Positions 13,221 to 25,790 of a DNA stretch of 64,000 nucleotides are shown here, in pieces (position 1 is the first letter of the stretch; each line of letters begins with the position of its first letter). The DNA comes from Camelus ferus (taxonomy: Eukaryota). The position numbers were made by a program, and so were the translations under genes. The stretch is from contig NC_045696.1 in the NCBI RefSeq assembly GCF_009834535.1, forward strand, positions 30,630,001-30,694,000, given 5' to 3'. The notes under the pieces were generated by a model, which searched no databases, had not been told where the DNA came from, and was given only the letters and a program-made list of their open reading frames with translations.

Positions 13221-14726
13221 TTGAAGTGGTTCTCATTAAACCTGAGTAGAAAATTAATGGCATGCTCACTTCATTTATAAGTTAAACAAATTAATATTGT
13301 TGCTAATCACGAATAATGTGCTGAGAAGTAAGAAATCTCTAGTCATGTTGTCTTGTCTCCATCAGTAATCTGTTTAGGGTGTTATTTTCCTGGGAATATA
13401 ATTTCCTCCTGACAGGATAGATGAGACTTCTTTCAACGATGTCCTTAAATACCCTAGAAAAACCTATGAAATCCACACACATTGTCTAAAATTACAGTGC
13501 CAGGCAAAGCACATGCTGAAAATAATGAGTTTAGGGCTGCAAATTACTGTAGTTTGATGAAAATATGAGCACTACAAGTCATTGGGGGAAGGTTGTAAGA
13601 ATCCTTAACTAAAAACCATTTATGAAGACAATATAAGGTCTATATCAAGCCGCCCTGCGTAAGGCCCTCAGCCAGTGGGAAATTATGCTGAGAACCTTGA
13701 CATGTGGTATAGCCCTTCCTCATATTTACAATATTGTAAATACTCCTAGAAACCAAATAGAGCTCCAGTCTAAACTTTCACATAAGCGACCTTGCTCTAA
13801 GTTGAGAGTTACCTGGACAAAATAGCATAATTACAAGAAATGGCAATGCTAGCTTCTCCTAAATAGCATACTTGAACATCCTAAGCTTGATAGGGTTTAA
13901 GCAGATTTAATTCCTTAGGGGAAAAAAAAGTCTTACTGACCAAACTCAATTTACATATCAATAAACAGCAAGCATGAGGCATATTTATCAGTAGTAGCAT
14001 TCTTTAATTTTTCTCTACAGTGTAGAATTAAAACATCTCAGAATATAAAAGCATTTATTGCAGGCAGCTGAATAAGTTCATTTGTTTGTAATTCCAGAGC
14101 AGATGAAAATAAAGTACCATCTAAGCCAAGATGGTGAACAGCATGGGATGCTAAGCATACGAGGAGTGATTGCAGAAAAATTCTGAAGCACTATCTCATC
14201 GCAGCTATTTCTTCTAGCCTCTTACTGTGTTTGCTTAATGTATTTTTCCTCTGAGCGACATTTTCTAAAAACACACTTCCCATTTAGCAAGGAATTACTA
14301 TGTGCATAACAGGAATATTGATACCTGCTGTTCCATTTCAAAGCAGACGGTAACCCTTCTCTGTGAGGCATGCACCAATGGCAATAAAAATTGTGCTTGG
14401 AAAATGAATATATTTAATGTTTTCCTTTTATGATTTAATGTCTAATCATTTTAATAATACCATAATTTGAATAAGACTACATATACTTAAGTAAAAGTAA
14501 TTTAAAAAAATGAAAATTATTTTGCAAAAAATGTAATCTCCAGAATATTACTACACAGATGTAAACATTTTATCATCAGAAAAACATCATTACATATTCA
14601 TATGTATATATAATCTTTTTATATTTGAATGGATATAAAACTAGAAGAATGAATGGAAGGGTGGATGAATGAGTGGAAGTTATAGAAAAACAAACAGAAG
14701 ATGAATGGATATATAGAGAAAAAGAA

Positions 14727-15382
14727 TGTTGCCGATAGATGCAACCGGTGTTCCAGGTTCTTGTCCCATCCCAGAAAAAATTCAGAGACAAGACATAGTG
14801 GTTAAAAAAGGTAAAATGAGGATTTATTAAAGGATGGATAGTACACTCTCAAGGGGAGAGCGGACAGGCTCAGGTGAGAGGCTGCCCTGAGTTTCTTCGG
14901 CAAGTTAGCTACATAGGGTGTAAAAATGAATGGGCAGAATATTCGTTGCGGAGGAAGGGTTTGGGGTCGTATTCCCTGATTATCATCCCAACTCCACTTT
15001 CCCAAAGGGAGGAGGGATTTTTGTCCTTATTTAGTCTGGTTTGGAAGTGTCATGACGTCGGTACAATGATGGGTACTTCTGATCTGCAAGGCTAATTTTA
15101 TTGAAATGAGGGCATAATGAGCAAAAGGTTACATTTGGACACTGGAAATTCCTGCCTTTTCTCACCTTTCTATGTTCTCCAGGCCACTTGTCACCCCAAA
15201 AAGCATGATCCCTTATCAGCCCAAAGGTTCCTGCTTTTCTTTCTCAGCCCAGGGACCCCTGCTGCTTACACAATGTATGGTTTCCTGCATTTGGCCTGTG
15301 CCCCTCCTTTCTGCCCAGTTCCTGCCATTTGGTCTGTGTCCCCCTTTCTCTGCTCATATCTAGCTATCTGCCTGCTCTAGTA
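14727..15382 (-). mobile_element. ERV1-class solo LTR, relatively young
   Basis: Begins tgttgccgatag and ends ...ctgctctagta (decayed CA). Minus-strand AATAAA near 14823, TSD agaa/agag, abrupt rise in GC and CpG relative to the flanks. Confidence 0.8.
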
Positions 15383-15559
15383 AGAGGACTAGACAGGCAG
15401 ACAGATGAAATGGTTTTATATGAATACAATGCATATATACTGGGTTACAAAAAATAAATGTCATTTAACTTAAATTATAAAAATAACATCATATTTATTA
15501 AAATACTCTACATTAGAATATTATAACATTTAAAATAATTATGAAACCATAATCTGAAA

Positions 15560-18190
15560 GAATAATTTTTACATTGAAATTTCAAATTGAATATATTGTC
15601 TCTATATATAAGAAGCCAGTTCTTAAACTTTCTTTCATCACCCCACGTTCTACAAGTTCTATCTCCAGCGTTGATCATATGTGTTTATTGTTTTTTTCTT
15701 TTTCTTTTTTTGTTATTCTTTGGAATATATTATTTCTTATGAGAAATCTGCTCTTACTCTTTTCTTTTGTTTCCTTTATATTATGTGTCCTATCCTGTTG
15801 TTTCTAAGAGTTTTTCTTTCTTTAGGGTACTTATCTTCAGTAATTTTATCATTATGTGCCTTGATGTCATATTTCTTGTGGTTATCTTGCTTGGTTTTTA
15901 TTGAACTTCCTTAATTTCTGGGTTTTCAGTTTTTATGAAATTGGGCAAAAATCTGTCATTATCTAGATCTATTCAACATATTTTTCTTACTTTCACTTTC
16001 TGCCTCTCCAATTACGTGTACTTCTCAAGGGTTACTGAGACATGTTTTTCCCTTTTTTTTTTTTTTTTTGTATGCACTTCAGTTTATTTGGAGCATTGAT
16101 CTTCTCTTCTGCAGCGACTAATCTGGTGTGAGGCCCATTTAATAATTATTTTAAAAATCATAAAATTGATTTTCACCTCTGGAATTTCCATTTTTATGAC
16201 TTCCACTTCTCTCCATATTTTGTTCATGTTTTCTCTTAAATCATTCAGCTATGTATAATAATAACTTTAAAAATCTGTGTCAAAGAAATCAGACTTTCCT
16301 GTCATTTCTAGGTCTATTTTTTCTTAATGATAGATATTTCTACTGCCTGTGGATGAGATTTTTTAGGTTCTTTGCATGCCAAGTAATTTTTGACTTGTTG
16401 CTGAATATTAAGGCTGTTATTGTTGAGTGTTGGATTTTGTTGTCTTCCTTTAATGAAATGTTGGAATTTGTTTGGGGGCAGGTATATAAGAAACTTGCAC
16501 ATCAGCTTTATACTTTCAATTTCCTTTTAAAAGTTTTGTTAACGTGTCACTTTATTGTCCTGTAAAGCTAGTTTAGCCCAATTATTGAAGCATGAAAATT
16601 CTGGAGTTTCTACTGAATATCCTGAATGTTAAATCAGGTCTCATGACTCTGGTAATTGGAACTTGAATCTTGATTGCATTGTGTAAAATCTGGAAATTGC
16701 TTATTTTATAATTTCTTGGTTCATCCCTGCAAAGTCTTATGGAGTCTCACCAAGCCCATGAACAGTTTGTATTTGGCAAAGGCACAAGGATATTTCATGC
16801 TTGTTTTTGGAGCTATGTTTCTGCATAACTTCCTCCTGTTGCTATTCTGCTCCACCAGTTGCAGCTAACTAAGCCTTTACACGGTCTATTTCCTCACTTC
16901 TCAACTCGGCAAGACTACTGTTCTTTTCTTGAGTTACCTTCTCCTGTGCTCAGTTCTGAGGGGAAAAAAAAAACCTTCAGGAAAATACTAGGGAATCACT
17001 GGGCTCATCTCATTTGCTTCCTTTCTTCCACACGTCACATTCACACTCTGCCTGCAGTTTAAGTAAAACAATAACAATTTCATGTATCTCTTCAAATTTT
17101 CTAGTGTTTATGATATGGGGAAAATAATTAGTAAAAGTTACAGCAGTATTGCCGGAACTTGAAGTAAAACTTTTTCATTTCACTTCATTCTTAATTGAAG
17201 TAAGAATTTTCTCTTCTTTTTCATATAAGTGTTTAAAGCTGTAAATGTGCTTTTTTCCTAATTAACTCTCTCACAAGTTTTGATATGTTATAATACCATT
17301 CAATTTACAATGTATGTCTACTGTGATTTATTCTTTGACTTTTGGTTATTTAGGAGTATATATTTTTTAACTTCCAAAAAAATCTGACAGCTTTAAAAAT
17401 ACCTTAATAACACTAGGTTGAATTTTCTGTGGTAGACAGTATGCTTTGCATAACTTCAGTCTTTTAAAATTTGTATTGGATTTTTATGGTCCTGAAAATG
17501 GTCTATATTGATTAAAATTCCATGTGTACTTGAAAAGAATGCACAATCTGAAGTTGTCTATACTGTTACTCTGTAAATTATATAGACATTATGTGATGGC
17601 ATCACTTGGACTCTTTATAGCATTAATAATTTTATTTATTTATATTTCATTTGCTCTCAACAAGTTCTCAAAATCTATAATTATAATTTTGTCAATTTCT
17701 CATTTTGGTTTGTGTACTTTCAACACTCTAGCATCTCTGTTTCCTCTCAGGCCATTACACCTGCATCTGATTTGCCTCATGATGTCTTGACATTTGCATT
17801 CACAACTAAACTCTTAGCCAGAGACCCCTAAGTTCCTGGCACACAGACTTGTAGAGCCCACATTTATTAGGTTTCCTTTAGGGCCTGCCCCACAAATTCC
17901 AGTTGGTTTGGAACTCCCATGTTCTGATCTCTGACTCTAGTTTAAAAAAAAAAAAAAAAAAAAAAACTAGCAGTGTTCCACTTGTATTCCACTTCCCTCT
18001 GCTGCAGTTAGAAAATTGCCTGATGACAGAGTACTGAGCTGTCTTAAGGCACTTATTTCAGAAATCTTAGTCTTGTACTAACCACCAATATCTAGGAAAC
18101 GTTGTCTCACATAATTATGATAATAGTTTATATAGCAATGACTATTGTTTACTTTAGTATTATTTACTCTGTCATGACCTGAATCAACAT
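15560..18190 (-). mobile_element. Mosaic of old L1/HAL1-like fragments
   Basis: T-rich antisense ORF1-like text at 15700-16450, a 5'-end-like gccggaacttgaagt near 17150, and an ORF2 fragment at 17170-17710 (catgtgtacttgaaaagaatg). Confidence 0.65.
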
Positions 18191-18339
18191 TATCTTTTAC
18201 TATGTTTAAAGCTGAATAATTTTGTGTGGTATTAAATAGATTCCATCAGTTATTTCAATCTGAAGATAATTCCTTCTTTTGGTTAAAAAAGGTCTCCATT
18301 TAAAAGTGAAAAATCTGTTTTAGTTCCATGTCTAAAACA

Positions 18340-18568
18340 GTGAAAATCCACTAAGCATGGAAAAGGACTCCAGCCTCAGTTCAGATTTGCAGCCCTGGCC
18401 ATCCTGAACTTTTAGTTCAGCATGGTGATACCCTGAGCACAGGACCCAACTAACCCATATTCATAATCCTGATCCAGGAAACTTTGAAATGATACCTGCC
18501 TTTTTTTTTTTTTTAATATACCATAAAGCTTGTGGTAATGTATTCCATAGCAATAGAAAGCAAATGAA
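18340..18568 (+). mobile_element. MaLR LTR fragment (MLT1H/J-like)
   Basis: ccctgagcacaggacccaactaaccc...ttgtggtaatgtattccatagcaatagaaagcaaat matches an MLT1 3' end. Confidence 0.7.
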
Positions 18569-18944
18569 GGATTTGGAAAATATATTCTAGTTATACACTG
18601 ATGCCTTAATATCCACCTCCAATTTCAACCTCTTCAAGAAGCTCCAGTCATATTTTGCCAGCATCTCAAATTAAAGTTTCTTTAAATTATATATGTGTGC
18701 CTTGTATTTTAAACTGTTCAGTATAGCAAGTCTTCATCTTGTCTCATAAAAGTGGCTTTTAGTTTTCTCTCTTTCTTCTAATGGCACAAGATTTTTTCCT
18801 GCCTCCTGGGCTAAAACTGTATAATATTTTCTCTGCTTCAACACAATCTTTATAATCAGTTCACCAGTATTTTTTAAGATTGTATTTTTCGAACACTATG
18901 GCACAACCTAGGATGATCCGAAGGAAACACGAGACTGATTTTAT

Positions 18945-19150
18945 AAAGCTTTGCTTTTTACAAAACACTTAACACTTATCATCACATTTTGTTCCTCAAG
19001 AGACCAAGTCTTGCTCCTAGTGTACAGATAAAGAAAATTGAAGCAGAGAGATTAAGTGATCTGTTAAAGATCAAGAGATAGTAATTAGCAGAATTAAGAA
19101 CAGAAATTAAGTATTCTAACTCCAGGCTCAGTGATCTTTCTGTCACACCG
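18945..19150 (-). mobile_element. MIR SINE
   Basis: tacagataaagaaaattgaagcagagagattaagtgatctg...ctaactccaggctcagtgatctttc. Confidence 0.75.
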
Positions 19151-19164
19151 TGTTCTAAATCAGA

Positions 19165-19423
19165 GAGGAGATACAGCTTAAGGGTTTTAAAAGATAGACT
19201 TGGGAGGCAGGGTATCTAATTTTGAACTCACACTGAATGATTTGCTACCTCTGTTTAGCTGAGCAATTCATCTAACTTCCCTGGGCCTCAGAGTCATCTG
19301 CTGAAGGTGACTAATAATAAAAATTGATGTGTAGATTTTTATGAGAGTTAAATTAACTATATGCAAAACTCATATGTATTGTAACATAATATCAAGTGGT
19401 TCAGTAATGGCTCCTGTTGTCAT
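19165..19423 (+). mobile_element. MIR SINE
   Basis: gcaattcatctaacttccctgggcctcagagtcatctg...tatgagagttaaatta, a sense MIR core and tail. Confidence 0.65.
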
Positions 19424-19869
19424 TGCAGTGCCTCCAGAAGTTATTTTAAAAACTGCACAGAGTCCTGAGAGGATCTGAGACTTACTGAAATCACCTGCAC
19501 TTGCAGAATTGTACTTTATGCTAAGAAAAAAGATTTGTTGCTACTTATTTTTATCCAAACAACACTAGGAAAAACACAAGAAAGAGGTGTTGAGCAACCC
19601 CTGCTTTGAGATTTAATGTCAGGTATCGTTCTGTGTATGGCTGTTAGAACAAGTCATTTGTTCTGTTTATTAATCAGTTTTCTCAGCTTCACTGTAAAAC
19701 GTATTCACTGTCTATACTTTCAAATTATAATTCTGTTGTGTTCTGGCTAATTGGATGGACTTAGGAATACTAAAATTTATTATTCTACAATCTAGATTTA
19801 GGGTAAATTCCTTTTTATCCTCAAATTAAGACAACCCAGACATATCTTCTCTGTACTAATTAAAAGTTT

Positions 19870-20300
19870 GAATAAAGATTCTTTTGGTTGGAAGTGTCAT
19901 AAGCTCACTTCAGATAACCTCAAGCAGAGATGAACATTTATCAGAGGTTACACCATGATCCAACTTAAGAGGAGGTAATTTAGCTAGATCTTAAGGTTTT
20001 CAGGATCCAGGGAGCCTCTTTTCTTCAGTTTCTCTTAGATCTGCTTTTCTCTGCACAGGAGAATTTCAGCTTCTGGATTCTGCACACACTGGCTGTTTAT
20101 TGTTACTGTCGCTGTTATTTGTTTGCATAAACATGGTTATAATTGAGTTTATGATTTGGCCTTCTGTCCAACCAAGCTGAATACATGGGGTTGTTATCAC
20201 TCTTGTATTAGTTGGTTGAAGAAGGTAATGGCCTTGTGGAGTGGACACTTAAAAGATGTGACTGTATTTTTCTACCAGTTAACATTACTGACTCTTCACA
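19870..20300 (-). mobile_element. Old MaLR LTR fragment (MLT1J/K/L-like)
   Basis: gattcttttggttggaagtgtcataagctcacttcagataacctcaagc resembles the reverse-complemented end of old MLT1 elements. Confidence 0.4.
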
Positions 20301-20322
20301 TTTTTGTCCCTGGTATAGTTTG

Positions 20323-20325
<3 letters not shown>

Positions 20326-20376
<51 letters not shown>
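20326..20376. repeat. (TG)25 microsatellite
   Basis: Perfect dinucleotide run. Confidence 0.98.
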
Positions 20377-20378
<2 letters not shown>

Positions 20379-21269
20379 GTGCTAAACTTGTGGCTATAAA
20401 CACCCAACTTTAACACTGCAAAACTCTATTCCTTTATCTCCATCTACAGAAAACCAATACCTTCAAAACTGTCGCTTGCTCCTCTAGTTTTCAGAACCAT
20501 CACACCTCATATTAACTTCCAATCATTCCTCTTATAACCAGAGCAACCCACTTTATACAAATAAACACATTTTTACTGACACTTCCCTGAATAGTCTAAG
20601 TTTCTCTTTCTTTTATTGCCTTAGCTAATTTGATCTCACTTACTAATTTTTCTTCCATTACTCCTTAGCGTAGGAGTCTCTGTTAAGAACATTTCCTTAT
20701 GAAAATCTAATTATCTTTTTACCAAATGGAAGTTCTTTTGTTATACCATTTTTTTCAATCCATTTTGTCTGCTTCAACTTCTAGTTCAAAGACATTTTCT
20801 TTCATAAAATATAAACATTTTATATTCTAATTTATCTTAGAAAAGTTATTTCTACATATTCATGAAAAATTGAAAATAAACTAAATGATAAATGATATAT
20901 TTAAGTACATGGTAAAATACTCACTGCATGTTATTAAGTTTAAAAGGCTAGAAATAAACCTGCACACAGCTTATATTTTTTTCTAAGTATTTCAGTCTTC
21001 TCTATCTTATTCTCTGTATACAACTGAGACACAAAACCACACACATAAAAATCTACATATTATATTGGCAGTGTGTATATGTACAAATTATATTTTTATA
21101 ATTTTATAGTAAGAAATAAACTTTGTTACATTGTCATTTCCATTCCCTGGGAAATTGAGTGTTATGGTGGTTACTTGATGATTAAAACAGGTATACATCA
21201 CGTCAGATATTTGAAACAAACAGGAATCACTGATGATTCATAAATCATGAATAAATGATGTCTGTTAAA

Positions 21270-24200
21270 ACCCTCACCCCTATCTTGCCACTCCCCTATC
21301 CCTTTCCCCACTGATAACCAATAATTTGTTCTCTATATCTGTAAGTCTGTTTCTGTTTGTTATATTTATTCATTTTATTTTTTTAAATTCACATATTAAG
21401 TGAGAACATACTGTTGTCTTTTGTCTGACTTTTACTAAGTGTAATACACTCTGGGGCCATCCATGTTGCTGCAAATGGCAGAATTTCTTCCGTTTTTTGA
21501 CTGGGTAATATTCCATTGTGCGTGTGTGTGTATATCCCATTTTCTTTATTCACTCAATCTGTTAATGGACATTTTTTTGCTTGTATCTTGCCTGTTGTAA
21601 ATAATGCTGCTATGAACCAATATTGGGGCGCATGTATCTTTTCAAATTAGTGTTTTCCTATTCTTCAGATATATAATCAGGAGTTGAATTGTTGGATCTT
21701 ATTTTTAGTTGTAGTTTTTTAATGAACCTCCATCCTGCTTTCTGTAATCAGTGCACAACAACGTACAGGAATTCCATCTTCTCTACATCCTTGCCAACAC
21801 TTCTTATTCTTTGTCTTTTTGTTGATAGCCATTCTTACAGGTGTGAGGTAATATCTCATTGTGGTTTTGATTTGCATTTCTCTGATGATTAGTGATGTTG
21901 AACACATTATCATGTGATTTTTGGCCATCTGTATGTCTTCTTTGGAATAATGTCTATTGAGGACTCCTACCTATTTTTGATTGGATTTTTTATTTGATAC
22001 TGAATTGTGTGAGTTGTTGATACATTTTGTTCATGTCATTTGCAAATATTTTCTCTGATTCAGTAGGTTTTCTTTTTGCTTGCTGATGGTTTCCTTTGCT
22101 GTGAAAAAAACTTAACTCCCATTTGTTTATTTTTTCTTTTGTTTCATTTGCCTCAGAAGATAGATACAAATAAAAGTATTGCTACCATTTCTGTCAAAGC
22201 GTGTTCTGCCTATGTATTCTTCTAGAATTTTGTAGCTTTTGGTCTTATATTTAGGTCTTTAATCCATTTTAAGTTCATTTTTGGGTATGATGTAAGAAAA
22301 TAGTCTAATTTCATTATTTTACAAGTAACCATCCAGTTTGCCCTATGCCGGTTATTCAAGAGACTGTCTCTTCCCCATTGCATATTCTTGCTCCATTTTT
22401 CATAATTGATCATAAGCTCATAGGTTTATTTCTGGGCTCTCTATTCTATTTCATTGATCTATGTGTCTTTTTAGGTGCCACTATCATACTGTTTTGATCA
22501 CATTAGTTTTATAGTATAAAGTCAAGGGGTGTGATAATTCCAGCTCTGTGTTTTTTTCCTCAGTATTGCCTTGGTTATTAGTGGTATTTTGAGTTTCCGT
22601 ACAATTTTTAGAATTATTTGTTCTATTTGTGTGAAAAACACATTTGCTATTATGATAGGGATTGCATGGAATTTGTAGATTGCCTTGGGTAGTATGGTTA
22701 TTTTAATAATATTAATTCTTCCAATTCATGAACGTAGTATATCTTTTCATCTGTTATGTTGTCTTCAATTTCTTTCAATGTTGTCTTATATTTTTCCAAG
22801 TACAGATATTTTACCTTCTTAGTTAAATTTATTCCCAGATGTTTTATTCTTTATAATGAGACGATAAATGGGTTTTATTCTTAATTTTTCTTTCTCAGAG
22901 TTTGTTGTTAGCATATAGAAATGGAACAGATTTCTGTATATTAATTTTGTGTTCTGCAACTTCACCAAATTCATTCAGGAGCTCTAGTAGCTTTGGGGGA
23001 GACATCTTTAGGATTGTCTATGTATAGTATCATGTCATCTGCAAACAGTGACAGTTTTACTTCCTTCTTTCCAATTACTTTTATTTATTTGTATTGTTTG
23101 ATTGCTGTGACTAGGACCTTCAAAACCCATCAATGAAAGTGATTAGAGTGGGCATCCTTGTCATGTTTCTGGTCTGAGAGTAAATGCCTTCAGCTTTTCA
23201 CCATTGAGCATGGTGTTAGCTGTGGATTTGTCTTATATAGCCTTTATTATATTGAAGGCTGTTCCCTCTATGCCTACTTTCAGAAGAGTTTTTAATCATA
23301 AGTGGATGTTGAATTTTGCATCTATTGGGATGGTCTTATGATTTTTATTCCTCAGTTTGTTTAATGGGATGTATCACATTGATTTGCAGGCATTGAACCA
23401 TCCTTGCTTCCCTGGGATAAATCCCACTTGATCATGGTATATGAAACTTTTAATGTGTTGTTGGATTCAATTTGCTAGTAATTTGTTCATGATTTTTGTA
23501 TCTATGTCCACAAATCATACTGGCCTGTAATTTTCTTTTTTGTGGTATCTTTATCTGCTTTAGGTATCAGGGTGATTCTGGCCTTGCAGAGTGAGTTCTT
23601 AAGTTTTCCTTTCTCTGCAATTTTTTGGAATACTTTGAGAAGGACAGGCATTAACTCTTCTCTAAATGTTTGGTAGAAATCACCAGTGAAGCCATCTGGT
23701 CCTGGACTTTTGTTCATTAGGAACTGTTTTTATTACTGATACAATTTCATTACTGGCAATTGTTATGTTCATATTTTCTATTTCTTCCTGCTTTAGCCTT
23801 GGGACCTCTAGGGGTCCTGAAGCTGGTTTTAGTCCACTGGTGAGTGGGGTTGCATGTCAGGGCCACTGGCTCAGAGGCCCAAGGTGACCCCGAGATGTCT
23901 TGGCCTGCTGGTGGGCAGGGTCTGGGCCCAGGGAGTCCCAGGGCTGCTGCCAGCCTGCTGTTGTGTTGGCTGGGTCCTGACAAAACTGGCTGTGAGGCTG
24001 TCATGGTCCTGGGGCTGGAGTCCACCTCCTGGTGTGTGAGGTGAAGGTGCAGGGGATCCCAGTGTTTTTGCCTGTCTACTAGTGTATGAAGTTGGGCTTT
24101 GGGGCTAAGTGCCAGCTCAGTGCAGGCAAAGCCATATCCTGGGGTCTCTGGCTGCAGATCCTAGGGTTCCCAGAACTGATGTTACACTGCTGGTAGGTAA

Positions 24201-24835
24201 GGTCAAGGCTCAGGGCATCCTGGCACTAGTGCTGTCTCACCAGTGGGTGGAACTCTGTCCCAGGTGTCTGACTGCAAGGCCCTGGGGGGATCTGGATTTT
24301 GTGTGTTTGCCTACTATTAGGTGGGGCTGGGGTTCAAGTGTTCCTGTTGCTGGTACCTGCCCACTGGTAGGCAGAGTTGGGTTGCAGGGTCTCTGGCTGT
24401 TGGATCCTGAGGGTTTCAGGGCAAAAGTACCTACTTAGTGGTCTGTGGGGTCAGGTCCTGGACCCTCTTATGGACATTGTCATGTCCCAGGGCATCTCTG
24501 GGCTCAAGGGGCAGCATGCCTGTTGGTGAGTGGTGATTTGTCATCACCCAGATTCTTGCTTGGCCTGAAGTATCCCACTACTGTTACAGACAGGGTGGTG
24601 TATGGGGATGGGTTTCTTTGCTAATAAGCTAGAGGGAGGATTCCAAAATGGCACTTTCTAGCATCAGTGTCTTTGTAGTAGAACAAGCTCCTCAAAACAG
24701 CTGCTGCCAGTGTAGGTGTTCTCAGGGTGAGCTCCAGTTGCCTCCTGCCTCTCTAGAGAATCTCCAAGATCTGCAGGTAGCTCTGACTTAGGCTCCTTTT
24801 AACTTACTGCTTCTGCCCTGGATCCCAGAACATGC
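21270..24835 (-). mobile_element. Internally deleted L1: GC-rich 5'UTR (24835-23805) joined to the ORF2 RT/C-terminal part and 3'UTR (23804-21270)
   Basis: ORF track gives L1 ORF2 peptides [21 protein letters not shown] (23502-23717), QWGRDSLLN (22222-22413) and [26 protein letters not shown] (21719-21928). ORF2 homology stops abruptly near 23804. Confidence 0.85.
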
Positions 24836-24839
24836 TTCA

Positions 24840-25790
24840 TCATATGGTAGTTCTATATTAAATTTTTGAAGGCATTCTATAGTGTTTTCCATAGTGTCTG
24901 GATCAATTTACATTCCTACCAACAGTGCATGAAGATCCTCTTTTCTCCATATCCTTGCTAACATTTGTTATTTTTTGTCTTTAGATAATAGCCATTCTGA
25001 CAGGTATAAAGTTGTATCTCATTGTGGTTTTCATTTGTATTTCCCTGATAATTAGTGATGTTTAGCCTCTTTTCATGTGTCTGTTGGCCATCTGTATGTC
25101 TTTGGAAAAATGTCTATTCAGGTCCTCTGCTTATTTTGTAATCAGACAGTTTTTGTTGTTTTTTTTTTTTTTGAGATTGAATTTTATGAATTCTTTGTTT
25201 ATTTGGGATACTAAGGCCTTATCAGCTATACTGTTTGCAATATCTTTTCCCATTCAGTAGGTAGCGTTTTTGTTGGTAGTTTCCTTTGCTGTGCAAATGC
25301 TTTTTAGTTTGAGTTTCTCTATTTTTGTTTCTGTATCTGTTTTTCTGTTGTTGTTTATCTGAGGAAACACATCCAAAAAATATTGCTAAGACCTATGTCA
25401 AAGAGATTACTGCCTAGGTTTTCTTCTGGGGGTTCTATGGTTTTCGGGTCTTACAGTAAATTCTTCAATCCATTTTAAGTTTATTTCTGTATGTGTTATG
25501 AGAAAGTAGTCTATTTTGATTCTTTTGCATGTAGTTGTCCACTTTTCCAAACACCATTTATTGAAGAAGTAGTCTTTTCTCCATTGCAATATTCATTCCT
25601 CCTTTATTATAGATCAGTTGGCCATATATGTGTTGGTTCATTTCTGGGCTCTTTTCTGTTCCATTGATTTAAATGTTTGTTTTTCTATCTGTATCATACT
25701 GTTTTGATTACTATTGCTTTGTAGTATAATTTGAAATTAGGGAGCACGTTACCTCTATGCTCTTCTTTCTCAAGATTGTTTTATTTCTTT
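24840..25790 (-). mobile_element. Separate L1 ORF2 3' fragment
   Basis: Peptide MQWRKDYFFNKWCLEKWTTTCKRIK (25407-25589). Parallels 21700-22570 but is diverged from it. Confidence 0.85.

Noticed and set aside
12309..15382. A single provirus bounded by two LTRs
   Set aside because: The LTRs differ in sequence and orientation and have separate TSDs. The interval holds a MIR and no PBS, gag or pol.
17944..17966. Long isolated A-tracts (also near 27084 and 42509) as retro-insertions
   Set aside because: No attached element body or convincing TSD. Slippage is a sufficient explanation.
20156..20413. ORFs with VCVCVC runs (also 50417-50675)
   Set aside because: These are translations of (TG)n microsatellites.
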